From Octopus sinensis (Eukaryota), in NCBI RefSeq assembly GCF_006345805.1, contig NC_043000.1, positions 1 through 64,000 on the forward strand: 64,000 bases of DNA. Reading direction: 5' to 3'. This document shows, piece by piece, positions 13,341 through 26,600 of this stretch (position 1 is its first letter; every line of letters begins with the position of its first letter). A model generated the notes under the pieces. That model was not told the origin of the DNA. It saw only the letters and a list, made by a program, of their open reading frames with translations, and did no database searches. The translations under genes were made by a program, and so were the position numbers.

Positions 13341-14370
13341 CAAAGCAGAGGAGCCATGGTGTAACCCATTATGGTTTGGTAAAAATTTCAGACCCTAGTC
13401 TAGATTGCGAATCCTCCGTACCCCAGGATGGTTCAGCTCACCACCCGTTAAAAGCCACCGTTTACAGAATGAGGATAACAGCGTCGCTTTCGCGCCCGTG
13501 CAACCGCCGGTCTATCGCGTGTGGTGGGTGGATCTTCAAGTTTCCACACGCATTCTTAGTAGTTTAGAGTAGGCTCGAATTAGAGATCATTGTTTGGGGC
13601 TAATGGCGTGAGTCCTGATTGAGAGAAGAAGAAGAAGAAGAAGAAGAAGAAGAAGGAGAAGGAGAAGAAGAAGAAGAAGAAGAAGACAGCAACACGACGA
13701 CGCCTAACAGATAGACGAATTACTCGGTTACTAACCTTAAGAGGTGGTAGAAGTAAAAAAAAAAAGTTCGATAGGACAATGGCCAGCGAAGTATTTACAG
13801 AATACCGATAAAAAAGGCAATGTCCTGTAGAGTTGAGAGGGATTGAAGTTTAGTCGAAATAGGGCCGATAGTGTTAGAATTCGCTTTTTATCTTGATCAA
13901 AGGACGACAAAACAGTAGCAGATCGAATTGTGATGTGTTCCATAAAAGGATGAATAATATTTATGTACGTATATATGTACGCATGTTTGTATGTATGTAT
14001 GTATGTATGAATGTATGTATGTATTTATGTATGTATGTATGTATGTATGTATGTATGTATGTATGTATGTATGCATGTATGTATGTATGTATGTATTTAT
14101 GTATGTGTGTATGTATGTATGTAGGTAGGTAGGTAGGTACAGAATATGAAGGGTTTAGGCCACTGTTGATCTAAACTAATAGGTAAGCTGTAAGCCACTA
14201 GGGTCCAAATTCACAACGGGGGCTGGAGCTGTGGAATAAGCCATTATTATTTTTTTGCTCTTACTTTTGATAATTGATTTCCACTTAATGTATGTATGCA
14301 TGCTTGTGTGTACGTATGTATGTATTTGTTTATATTTGTCTATGTGCAAATACATACATACATACATACA

Positions 14371-14405
<35 letters not shown>

Positions 14406-14419
14406 CTAGGGAGAGTTTA

Positions 14420-14585
14420 CGAAAAAAACAAAAGACGAAGGCAGGTGGTGTATAAAACAAACAGATGTATTAGTATAACGCTCAGTAATAGAAAAAGTAT
14501 TTTACGTTTCGAGTCTACGCTCTTCTACAGAAAGGGACACAGAAAAAACAAGGAGAGAAAAAAATGTGTGTAGTGGCTAACGATC
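14420..14585 (-). mobile_element. Penelope-like terminal-repeat fragment with hammerhead-like motif (14499-14534)
   Basis: Inverted partner at 15732-15913. The motif reads CUUU-CUGUAGA-A-GAGC-GUAG-ACUC-GAAA-CG-UA-AAAU. Confidence 0.55.
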
Positions 14586-15731
14586 GATCATGGCGACTGA
14601 CTTCGGACAGAAGGGTCACACACGAGGGGGAAGAATTAGGGGAGATAACAAAGTAAACATGACCCCCAACACGAAGGTGCGTGTGTGTATAAGAGAGTAT
14701 GTATGTGCGTGTGAAAGAGGGCTGGTGGTCTGGACGTGTGCGTGTATGTATGTGTAGCTGATATATATATGAATGCTAGACTTACTACGCAGCGTTGTTC
14801 GGTAAAGTATTCACGGAATTATTTGTCAGTTTGTAGAATGGGAATCCGTGTTACTTATGTATGTATATATATTTAACCTAACTTCTGGACTTATTTAATT
14901 GGAACTATCCAAACAATTGTGATCGAACATAAACAATAAAATGGGTTATTTCCCTTGAGTGTTTAGAAAAAAAATATTGTAGGTGGTGTGGTTATTTCCC
15001 TTAGGTGTTTTAAAAAAATACCTATAGGAGTTATAAAGGTCCCTTCCAGGGACCGTATTATCGAGTTTTTCAACAATCTAAGTATGTCACGAGGTTTCCA
15101 GACATTAGTTCTACTCATGTGTCAAGTTTCATCAAAATCAATAAAATAATGTAGGAGGAGTTAGATAACAACGCCACAAACAAACACACACCGATTTTCC
15201 ACATATGTAGTAAATATATATATATAAACACAATGATTTGATATTTATTCTTAATTCATTCCGTGAGATGCAACGCAAATGTGTTAGTTGCTGTTGTGTA
15301 CGTCCCAGGAGGAACTCTAGGACACTGGTATTTCGATATGTTGTGTCTTCTCAGCCAGAAGTACCAGGACCTTTAGGCCTCAATAAGACCCTGGCTTTGT
15401 TTATTATTTCAGCAAATAAACTGGTTTCTGATTTGTGCTTATATCTACCAATCGACAGGGAAAAAAACAACGTTATTTGCAATATGTACAACGAGATCTG
15501 AAACGATGATTTGCGTATTTATTTTCAATGTGTTCCGACAGGTTCAAACACAAATACCGTTTGAATCTGCAAATCATTGTTTCAGATCTCACTGTACACA
15601 GCGCAAATAATGAATATACACACACATGCCCACCCCCCCAAAAAAAACAACAACAACACGCACAACACGCATTATACACACACAACACAACACAAACACA
15701 TACACACACATATATATATATATATATGATA

Positions 15732-15913
15732 GATCGGTAGCCACTACATACATTTTTTTGTCTCCTTGTTTCTCTCCTTGTCTTTTTCTGTGTCCCTTTC
15801 TGTAGAATAGCGTAGGCCCGAAACGTAAAAGACTTTTTCTATTCCTGAGCGTTATACTAATACATCTGTTTGTTTTGTACACACCCTGTCTTCGTCTTTT
15901 GGTTTTTTTTTCG
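15732..15913 (+). mobile_element. Penelope-like terminal-repeat fragment with hammerhead-like motif (15796-15831)
   Basis: Reverse-complement homolog of 14420-14585. Confidence 0.55.
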
Positions 15914-15989
15914 TGAACCCCCCTATATTATATATATATATATACACCACACACACCACACACGCCCTTCGTCCGTTGCTATCGACAAC

Positions 15990-16690
15990 GACCAAGACAC
16001 AAATCATGGAATGAGAAGATGTGGTATAGTGTGTCTGGCAGTGACCGATCAGCTCGATGCGTACTCGAAAGGCTCTGCTACAGGTCGGAACTGGTGGTTG
16101 CCGGCCGGAACTGAAGGCAAGGAGTTGGCTCTAGGACTCGTAGCGGTTCACATTTTCTTTGTGCCTGTGCGTTCCTATTCTATTTGTAGGACGTGTACCT
16201 CTGCTGGTACAGCTTCGCCAGACAGGGTAGTACTGCGCTTTTTCCCCCAGGTGTTGGGGTTGGCATGGAAGCTTTTCAATGAGACTTTGAGTATATCCTT
16301 GAAGCGCTTTTTTCTGTTTGCTTGTACTGCCTTCCACCTGTTCCCCGTACAGCAGTTTCTTGGGCATTCGAACATGGTGGCCTGATTATCTGACTTAGGC
16401 TCTCTTCAGCTTGACTGATCAGCTCGAGGAAGGCCTCCGTGTCTGGGACTTGTCTTGCCAGGTGATTTCAGTAGTTTCTCATTCAGTTCATGTAGAAATG
16501 ATATAGGTTTTTGATGTGTGTGTCATTATAACCGTCCATGTCTCACAGGTGTACAGTACAGTAGTCAGTACAACTGCTCGTTATACCTTAACTTCGTGGC
16601 CAGCCTAATACCTCTCCTCTCTTACATTGATCCACGTAGCCCTCGCATGCTCAGCTTTCCTGGGTGATACGCGTGTCGGCCTTGATCTGG
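15990..16690 (-). mobile_element. RTE (BovB-like) LINE 3' fragment, decayed
   Basis: ERRGIRLATKL…; MPKKLLYGE…; KKRFKDILKVSLKSFHANPNTW are RTE motifs, with frameshifts. Confidence 0.85.
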
Positions 16691-16719
16691 ATCTATTACT
16701 TAAAAATAGATAGGTAAAG

Positions 16720-16965
16720 TTATCTTCTCGAGTTATACTGACTCATAAGGGGTAATATCCCGTTTTCATGACGTATACATTCCCCAACTGGACGGGACAC
16801 CGGTCTGTCTCAGGATTACTCATTTATTTTTGCCGGTTGAGTGGACTGGAGCAACGGGAAATGAAGTGTTTTCCGCAAGAACGCAACGCGTCGCCTAGTC
16901 CAGAAATCGAAACCACAATCTTACGTTCATGTGTCTATCACCATAACCACTAAGCCGCGCGCCTC
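16720..16965 (-). mobile_element. tRNA-headed SINE (same family as 44187-44420)
   Basis: Reverse complement of ggaggcgcgtggcttagtggttag…gtttcgattcctggac. Confidence 0.7.
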
Positions 16966-17014
16966 CACGATCTGTTACTAGTAACAAGCTCTATTAATAT
17001 TTATTCTTCTCGAA

Positions 17015-17354
17015 GGCCGTGAGCTGGCAGAAACGTTAGCACGCCGGGTGAAATGCTAAGCGGTTTTTCGTCTGCTGTGACGTTGAGTTCAAATTCCGCC
17101 GACGTCCACTTTGCCTTTCATCATTTCGGGGTCGATAAATTAAATACCAGTTACGCACTGGGGTCGATATAATCGACATAATCCGTTGTCTGTCCTGTTT
17201 GTCCCCTCTGTGTTTAGCCCCTTGTGGGGTAGTAAAAAGAATAGGTATTTCGTCTGTCTTTACGTTCCGAGATCAAATTCCGCTGAGGTCGACTTTGCTT
17301 TCATCATTTCGGGGTCGATAAATTTAGTACTATTTGCGTACTGGGTTCGATGTA
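17015..17354 (+). mobile_element. SINE-A concatemer (full + partial headless unit)
   Basis: Junction …gaatagg|tatttcgtctg at ~17244. Confidence 0.85.
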
Positions 17355-17766
17355 GAATTTTTTAAAATATTGCAAAATTTTGGTTCACATCCAGTCCACC
17401 ATATTACAGACCGGATGTTGATCATAAACAGTTTCCTTTGTTCGATCTTCCTTGAAATTACATTTTTTTCAGGCGTATGGTGGGGGAGTGCCAGGTAGAA
17501 TAAAATTAGCATTTTCGACACCTGCTCTTTGCTTTCAATCAAGATTCCAAAAGTCACTCGAGGTAGGAATTTGTACTGTGTTATTACTGAAAGGACTGCA
17601 CAGAAATAGTTAATACGCTGTTAAGCGGGTATGTAAATTCGATCACGCAGACTCTCCACTGCCGGTCGATGTTTTCAGTACAATGAAGTTTGATTGAATA
17701 AACTCATCCACGAGTATCCACCCCAAGCCATTAAGAAATTGATCCAGCAAATGGCATGCCTTCAAA

Positions 17767-18001
17767 AATACCTATTTCTTTACTAACCTCAAGGGGCTAA
17801 ACACAGAGAGGACAAACAAGGAGAGACAAACGGATTAAGTCGATTATATCGACCCCAGTGCGTAACTGGTACATATTTAATCGACCCGAAAGGATAAAAG
17901 GCAAAGTTGACTCGGCGGAATTTGAACTCAGAACGTAACGGCAGACGAAATACGGCTACGCATTTCGCCCGGCGTGCTAGCGATTCTGCCAGCTCGCTGC
18001 C
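17767..18001 (-). mobile_element. SINE-A, full length
   Basis: Reverse complement of the consensus from head to tail. Confidence 0.85.
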
Positions 18002-18069
18002 CTATATGCTATCAATACCGATAACCGTCATCACCATTCGATAGGTAGGGTCAAAATGATCCGATCAGC

Positions 18070-18345
18070 CACACGACATGCTACAATAAGACACCGCACC
18101 ACTCGTCCCCATATCGCTTATTGACTAGAAGAGATCAGTTGGGAAGTTCTACTGTATCCACAGTATTCTCTTGATATAGAGCCTCAGATTATTAACTTTT
18201 TCGATCGCTTTCCAGCAGTACTGAGGCATTGGTTTAAGAACGCGAAGAGCTGAAGACATGACTCGATGAATTCTTCGAGTCATAACCCAGAGATTTCTAC
18301 CGTTGGCAATAAGTAGTGAACTACGAAGGAGAATACATTATTGAC
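18070..18345 (+). mobile_element. Mariner transposase C-terminal remnant
   Basis: …RPHIAY*LEEISWEVLLYPQYSLDIEP… aligns by eye to the mariner motif LEELGWEVLPHPPYSPDLAP. Confidence 0.7.
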
Positions 18346-18419
18346 TAATTTGTTTAAAAATAAGGATTAAGATAAATAACGAATTTATCAATGTATGTGT
18401 ATATATATGTATATAATTT

Positions 18420-18990
18420 AATCCAAACGGGAAGAAAACAAAAAACAACAACAATGGAACAATTACAATATTATTATTAATAGGCGCTCAGGAAATGGAA
18501 GCAGGAGGGTATGACGTTTCGAGCGGAGCTCGTCGTCGGAAAACATCGGAACATAAAGAAGGAAGAGAGAGGAAAGAAAGATCCCAAAGCGGGCAACAGG
18601 GATAGAGAAAAAAAACGACTGGTGTTTACGAGTACACATGGTTGAAAGGCGGAAGTTACGATAACAAGAGCAAAGTAGGTTTTAAAGGCAAAAAGAGTGG
18701 AGACAAGGTTGGTAACGCAACAGATGTGTGTGTATGTGTGAGTGTGTGCGTGTGCGTGTGTGTATGTGTGTGTGTGAGGCGAGATAAAAAAAAAAAATAT
18801 ATGTATGTGTTAGTGTGTGCGTCTGTGTGTAGGCGTGGAGGGTAGGCGAGACAGTGGTCGCCATAGCAGACAATGGTCAGTAGTAAGAAAAAGAAGGAAG
18901 GAGGAAGGGAGGGAGGGGAAGGGGTGGGGGCGTATGTAGCGTGCCAGCGTGTGTTGAGTAGTAGTTGTGTGTGTGTGTGTCCAGTGTCGT
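18420..18990 (-). mobile_element. Probable Penelope-like terminal-repeat fragment
   Basis: Contains CCGACGA-C-GAGC-UCC-GCUC-GAAA-CG-UC (18511-18540, minus). The family assignment is inferred from that motif. Confidence 0.45.
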
Positions 18991-19016
18991 GGTGGTATTA
19001 ATGGCGAGTAGATTGA

Positions 19017-19067
<51 letters not shown>

Positions 19068-19144
19068 TATATATATAATACACATATATTATGTATATAT
19101 TTCATTCATACACACATTACAAACTTCATATACATTATAATATA

Positions 19145-20406
19145 TCAGGTCATCCCATAAGTTCTGTCCGATTTTTGAAGAAAGAAAACAAGTGATTTAA
19201 AGTTATATTTAATGTACTTTCCCTGATTATCTATGACTTCCATCTATTCACAAGCTTTTTAATCCCATTAATGTAAAAATCTTTTGGTTTCAAAGCGAAG
19301 AACTCTGAAATATCAGTTTCGACTTCCTCCTGGCTTGCGAGAGTTATAACTCCCATATGATTTTGTAAACTACGAAACAAAAGGTGGTCTGAAGGGGCAA
19401 TGTCGGGAGAATAAGGTGAATGAGGAATTTTTTCCCAGCAAAGCTATTCGATCTTCTTTGATGTGATCTTTGCAGTGTGGGGTCGCGTATTGTCCTGATG
19501 AAAGATCACTCCTTTTCGATTCACTAAAGCAGGTCTTTTTTGCTTTAAAGTTTGGTTCAAATGCTCTCATTGCTGACAGTAGACTTGAGCATTGATTGTT
19601 GCATTAGGTGGTAACAATTCAAAGTGAATTACCCCTTTGCAATCCCATCAGATAGAGCGAAGAACCGTTTTCCCATGAAGTTCCCTTTTTTGTTGTGGTT
19701 GAGCTTTTTCCCTTCTACCAAGCCACTGTTTACAATGTTAACATTTCGATAGAAGATCCATTTTTCGTCTCCAGTCAACGTCTATCCAAAAACGATGAAA
19801 TGAGTTCGCGAGAATGACGAGAAGAGCAGATCTCAACTCAGGATTTGCGGTTGATTTCGGACAATTCATGAGGCACCCCTTTTCCAAGTTTAGGAACCTT
19901 TCTAAGTTGCTGAAGTTGACAATGAATAGTTGTATGGTTGAACTAAGCTTTATTGCCAATTCTTCAACTGATAATGCAGGTATTTTGTTCAAGTAATGCC
20001 TCAAGGATCTTATCATTAAACTCAACTGGACGACTTGTTCGATCTTCATCTTCAAAGCTGAAATCTCTACTTCTGAATTTTGCAAACCGTCTTCTGCAAG
20101 TTCTTTCTTTCAAGCATTCTTTCCCATAAACTGAGTGTATGTTTCGAGTCGCTTCGACTACAGTTTCGTTTTTTGTACTCATAAGGCATTATGTGCTTCA
20201 AATGCTTTTTGGATATTTCCATGTTAAGAAGGGTTTTAATCAAAGAAATTTTAATTCTTTTATTCTGTAGAATAACATTTAATTAGTTTAAATGAACACA
20301 AATGCATAAAAAGAATTTTAAATTCCATTAGACATTCTAAAATACTATTAAATTTCATTCAATTTTAAAAAAGGTAAAACCGGACAGAACTTATGGGATG
20401 ACCTGA
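19145..20406 (-). mobile_element. Full-length decayed mariner transposon
   Basis: 26-bp TIRs tcaggtcatcccataagttctgtccg / cggacagaacttatgggatgacctga, TA TSDs, and transposase fragments (EATRNIHSVYGKECLKERTCRRRFAKFRS..FSFEDEDRTSRP). Confidence 0.93.
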
Positions 20407-20746
20407 TATGCGTATATATATACGTACATATAATATATATGAACGTTTGAATGTATATATGAATGTAAGTAATGTATGTACGTTAAAAATTGTATGTGAA
20501 AATCTATCCATCGTACATCTGCTAACGTGCGATGTACAATTGACCTTCATAAGAAGGTTAGAAATTTAAAAAGAGAAAAATCCTATCAGATAATGATAAA
20601 TATAACAAACAAGCAAAGAAGTCTAAGATATAGAAGAGTGGTGAGAAGTCATTAAATCCCATTAAAACGAAATACACCAAGACAATATTCACATGACTGA
20701 TAATTATAATTCGCGTATGCAATTATAATCCATTAAAATTATTTTA

Positions 20747-20803
<57 letters not shown>

Positions 20804-20869
20804 CGTAGGTATGTATGTACGTATGTATATGTTATATGTGTATGTGTGTGTGTGAGTGTGTGTGTGTGT

Positions 20870-21033
20870 ATATGTGGCTGTTGTGTAAGAAGCTTGTTCC
20901 CAATCACATAGTTCCGAATTCATTCCCACTGCGTGGCACCTTGGGCATGTGTCTTCTACTATAGCCTCGGCCGGGGCAAAGATGTATAAGTGCATGTTGG
21001 TAGGAAGAAAACTGAAAGAAGCCCGTCGCATGC

Positions 21034-21080
<47 letters not shown>

Positions 21081-21270
21081 GTGTGTGTGTGTGTTGTGTG
21101 TGTGTGATGTGGTATGTATGTATGTATATATAATCGTAGGGGTTGCACCTTGGGATATTATATATATAATCGCAGGGTGACACCTTGGCATAGTGTCTTG
21201 TACTCTAGCTTCGGGCCGACCAAAAACTTATAAGTGGATTTGGTGGACGAAAATTGAATGAAAACCATCA
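20870..21270 (+). mobile_element. Two SINE-B 5' fragments separated by microsatellites
   Basis: ccactgcgtggcaccttgggca…actatagcctcgg; a second, more diverged fragment at ~21170. Confidence 0.7.
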
Positions 21271-23319
21271 TATATATATATATATACTAGGCGAAATATT
21301 TAGCTGCATTTCGTCTGTCTTTACGTTCTGAGTTCAAATTCCACCGAGGGTCGGTCGACTTTGCCGTCATCCTTATATGTATGTATGTTATATATATATA
21401 TAGATATTATATATATATATATATATATAATATATTTATATATATATATATATATATATATCTATAATGGTTTGTATGTGGCCTAGTGTCGTAGCCATGA
21501 TCGTAAGGACGGGCCATTATGTTTTGTTCCAAGGCAAAGTACTTCATTTTATTTTGGTATGTGTCTGATGATACGCTCCTTTGTCCGATCTGGTTTCTCT
21601 TACACATGAGAAACTCAGAGTAGCGAGACAATCAACAATCAACTTCGAATAAAAAATTGTTTGCATATTTGTGCCTGTATTTGTGTCAGTTTGTGTGTGT
21701 GTGTGTGTGTGTGTTTGTCATCATCATCATTATCATCAACCATCACCGTCCTCTTCACCACCATCATTATCATCATCAGCATCAGTATCATCATCTTCAT
21801 CATGCTCGTTAAAGACAACAATAGTACAAATAGGACATCCTACAAAGAACACACTGGACAATATTAATGCGTGCGCATGCGCATGTGTGTGTGCGGGTAC
21901 ATTTTACGTGAGTATATATACCTATGTGTACGTTGTTTGTTTGTGTGTGTGTGTGTGTGTGCGTGCGTGTGTGTGTGTGTATGTGTCTTGGCTAATCGTT
22001 GTTCAAACTATATAAATCATATTCAAGATATGTTACCTCTAGTTTCAACGGACATAAGCATTTATCGCGTTAAACACCAAGAAGTCTGCGAGTAATCCTC
22101 TTAATCCAATAAACGAAACATCGATAGTAATCATGTAACCCTGGTCAACATCATCTCTAAAGGAAACATCCATCAGCTCGTCCTTTCAAATATTCACTTT
22201 ACAATAAATACTTTTAATTGTTTAATCTATCATATATATATATTCTAACTGAAATAACATAGATACCATATCGTTATATTTCGTATTAGATAAATCCTTT
22301 TCAAAACAAAAGAGTACTGATACAAAATTTAGATAGCCAAAGCTTTATCGATACCTTATTTTAAAGTTTTAACCTCTCTTGTTATCCCTATCTTTTTGAG
22401 AAGTTGTATTTGTGTGTATCTATCTTTGTTTGTTTGTTAAATCTGTAGAGATTGCATCCTCTAGATTAGATTGAGGCGGTCAGCTTCAATAAGTCCACAC
22501 AACTACAACACTTTTATCAATAAATCATTGAATTTCTTGTATAACGTCCAACAAGAATCTTGTTTAGGAGGTTTTATCACCAACCAACCTAAATTCTTCT
22601 ATCGATTATGGATTATACAATCTCGACGATATCTAACACCGCGAGCCTTTTAATAACCTATATATTATATCTAACAAGAATATCATTTTCATTATCATTA
22701 TTATTGTTGTTGTTGTTGTTGCTTTGCTGTTGTTGTTACAATAATTATCATTATCGCCTGAATTGTAAAACTGATTAATTTCGTGTTTAGCGCTGGTGTG
22801 GAATTAAAAGAACCACGAGAGCCACCACGTTGCGCTTGCATTTATCGTTGCTTAAGTCTAAATGAAGACCTCACAAACGTGTGCTTCAAACGGTAGGTAA
22901 CAATGACAGGTTGTATGATACAGAATTTTTTTAAAGAAAGAAAATACACACACACACACACACAGACACACATATACACACACTACATAGTTTTATATTT
23001 ATTTAACGGTGAACTGGAGGACTTCACCGTTGAAAGATAAACGTTTAAAAATTCACTATCTTTGCATCGACGCAACACAATATATATGATTATGAGGGAT
23101 TTTGAAGTGAGTATATTACTGCCTAGGACACATAGATGATCAATACTAATTTTTAGCATAGACACAGGTGTATACATTTTGGTGGCGATGAGAATGTGCT
23201 AATGAGAAATTGCAGACAATCGTATGGATCCGGTATTTTACAGGTTCCTCGAGATTTGAAGAACGAACTTAATTATGTACTGTAAGATTATGAATTGATT
23301 ACATCAACCCAGTTATTTC

Positions 23320-24300
23320 AGATATTTAAATAAAAACACAGTATTTAACTGGTAAGTTCGAAATTCAACGTTGATCTTCACAGAATTTGAAGTCGAACAT
23401 AAAGAGTTTTAAATTAAGTTTTGCAAGAAGAGGGATGGAAAATTCCATGGACACCAGTTTTAAAATGCTAAAATATAGTAGCAGTATTAACTGGTATATC
23501 GTTTTATCGACTTTAGTGGGGTGAAAGGTATCCTTGGTTTTTCACGGGATTTGAACTCAAAAACTAAAGAGCTTTAACTGAATACCGTAATGAGCGTGGG
23601 GTTAGGGTAGATTACAACAACCGAGGCATTTAAAATACCAAAATAAATCACCAGTGCATTACTGGTATTTCATTTTATCGACCTTGGAAAGGTTAGGAGG
23701 TAACGTTGATCTTCACGAGATTTGAACTCAGAATGTAAAGAGACGCAGATAAAGACTGCAAGACATTTTGTCCGACTTTCTACCGATTCAGCCAATCAAC
23801 AAATCTAAATACTGTTTCTAATTTAAGCCCCAAAGCAGCAATTTTGATGGGTGGATGTAAATCGATAAAATCGACTCAGTATTTAATATAGTTATCTCTT
23901 TATTTCCCACAGGGGGTTAAACATACAGGGGACAAGCAAGGACAGACATTGGGATTAAATCGATTACATCGACACCTTTATGTAATTGGCACTTATTTAA
24001 TCGAGCCCCGAAAGGGGTGGAAGGTAAAGTCGACCTCAGCGGAATTTGAACTCAGAACGAAATACCGGCAGACGAAATATTGGTAAGCATTTCGCTCGGC
24101 GTGCTAACGATTCTGCCAGCTCGCCGCCTTCCAGGATTTAATACATTAAAATAAGATACCAGTACCTTATTTTATCGGCCTCGAAAGAATGAAAGTCAAA
24201 GTTGATTTTCATGGGATTTGAACTCAGAACGTATAGAGTCGTAAGTAAATACCGCATGATGCTTTGTTGAATTTTCTAACGATTCTGCCATTTTACCACC
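23320..24300 (-). mobile_element. Run of ~5 diverged SINE-A-like copies in the same orientation
   Basis: Repeated …actggta…ttttatcgacc…gaaagg…gatttgaactcagaa blocks. Confidence 0.7.
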
Positions 24301-24497
24301 CAGCAAAGTCAGCTAAGATCAACAGCAAGACGCAGAAGAATCTCTGCATGATGGACCTGCTAAACACAGCAGCTAAATTGCCTTGGAATCATACACTGCG
24401 TGCTTAAAGATGGAAGGCGAGAAGGTCTAATGTAGACTGCAATACACTACCCCTTAGTAAAAGTGGGATGTTTACGGAGTCTTCATCAATAGCATAA

Positions 24498-24607
24498 TTC
24501 TTCTTCTTCTTCTTCTTCTTCTTCTTCTTCTTCTTCTTCTTCTTCTTCTCTTCTTCTTCTTCATTTCTTCTTCTTCTTCTTCTTATTCTTCTTCTTATCT
24601 CTTATGC

Positions 24608-24648
<41 letters not shown>

Positions 24649-25051
24649 TTTCTTCTTCTCTTCTTCTTCTTCTTCTTTTCCTTCTTCTTCTTCTTCTTCT
24701 TCTTCTTCTTGTTTCTTCTTCTTGTTTCTTCTTCTTCGTCGCCAGTATCACTATTATCATTGTCATCATCACCGTCACCATCATCAACGTCATCGTCTCC
24801 ACCATCATCATTATCCCATCATCATCATTATCCCATCATCATCATTATCATCATCATCATCATTATCATCATTATTGTCGTCGTCACCATCATCATCATC
24901 GTCGTCATTACCATTGTCGTCGTCGTTATCATCATCACCGTCATCATTATCATAATCGTTGCCGTCTCGTCAAAGCATGAAATTGTTAGTGTCGCTTCTG
25001 TTGCTTATGAAGAACATATTTGCAAATGTAACCTCTCTCTCTCTTTCTCTT

Positions 25052-25087
<36 letters not shown>

Positions 25088-25110
25088 ACACACACACACA
25101 TAAACACACA
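24498..25110. repeat. (CTT)n/(ATT)n/(CAT)n/(CT)n compound microsatellite
   Basis: Seen directly. Confidence 0.95.
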
Positions 25111-25542
25111 TAAACACATCATTGGAAAGACTTTAATCATAGGTTTGCTCGATCAAGGCACATTTAAAGCTGCAAAGCAACACCAATCACCAACGACAAT
25201 CAATAATGGTCTCTAATTTTAGAACGAGGTTATCAATCTTAGTGGCTGAAGGATCGATTAGATCGATCCCAGTACTTGACTGATACTTATTTTTTCGAAC
25301 CCGGGCGGATGCAAAACAAAGTCGATTTCACTGCAATTTGGATTCAGAAGATAAAGAACTGGAAAAGATGCTGCTGTGTATTCTCACCGATTCTGCCAGC
25401 TCTATCAATATTAGGGACGTGGACGCATGAAATATTAGAAGTAGAGACCAAATATAGCCATAGGAATGAAATGGAAGGTCACGACAGGGAACATATGGTC
25501 ACAATTCTGCTCTGAGGCTTAACATGATCATCACCACAAGAA

Positions 25543-25845
25543 TGGAGCACTCCGTCGGTTACGACGACGAGGGTCCCAGCTGATACGAGCAACGGAACAG
25601 CTTGCTCGTGAAATTAACGTGCAAGTGGTTGAGCACTCCACAGACACGTGTACCCCTGTCGTAGTTCTCAGGGAGATTCAGCGTATTTTGAAATACAGGT
25701 ACAACTCATTTTTCCACCTGAGTATACTGGAGCAACGTGAAATAAAGTGTCTTGCTCAAGGACACAACGCGTCGCCGGGAATCAAACTCACGACGTTACA
25801 ATCGTGAGCCGAATGCCCTAACCACTAAGCCAAGCGCCTTCACAC
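25543..25845 (-). mobile_element. SINE-C-type element (3' end shared with 36591-36974)
   Basis: gcactccgtcggttacgacgacgaggg is the reverse complement of the 3' end at ~36945-36970. Confidence 0.8.
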
Positions 25846-25879
25846 CACAAGAATAATGACAATAATAATGTCCTTTTTA

Positions 25880-26600
25880 CTATAGCTATAAGGCTTAACA
25901 TTTTGGAGAAGAGGAAGTCGATTCCAGCGACCTCAGTGCTCAACTGGTATTTATCTTATGGATACCGAAGGGATTAAAAGCAAAGTTGCCCACAACCGCA
26001 TTTGAAATCAGAACTTAAAGACAGACGAAATGTTGCTGAACATTTTTCCCGATGTACCAATGATTCTTATTTCTTTATTGCCCACAAGGGGCTAAACATA
26101 GAGGCACAAAGACAGACAAAGGGATTAGGTCGATTACATTGTCCCCAGTGCGTAACTGGTACTTAATTTATCGATCGCGAAAGGATGAAAGGCAAAGTCG
26201 ACCTCGGCGGAATTTGAACCCAGAACGTAGCGGCAGACGAAATACCGCTAAGCATTTCGCCCGGCTTGCGAATGTTTCTGCCAGCTCGCTTCCTATGATA
26301 ATTCTTTTTAGTATGGATACAAGGCTTGAAATTTGGGGCAAAGAGGGTAGTCGATTATCTCGACCCCAGTATTTGGCTGGTACTGATATTATCTACACCG
26401 AAATGTTGAAAGGCAAAGTCGACGTCGGCAGAATTTGAACATAGAAAGTAAAGAGCCGAATGTAATGCCACTTAGCGCTTTTTCCGACTCGCTTAGTTGA
26501 TTACATTGACTCCAGTGTTTCACTGGTACTTAATTTATCGACCCCCAAAAGGATGAAAGGCAAAGTTGGCCTCGGCGAAATATGAATTCAGAACATAGAG
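25880..26600 (-). mobile_element. Cluster of SINE-A copies (near-intact copy ~26065-26290)
   Basis: Reverse-complement similarity to the consensus. Confidence 0.8.

Noticed and set aside
17483-17572. 90-nt plus-strand open exon candidate (AYGGGVPGRIKL…)
   Set aside because: The donor is weak, and the opposite strand looks like a decayed CR1-type LINE.
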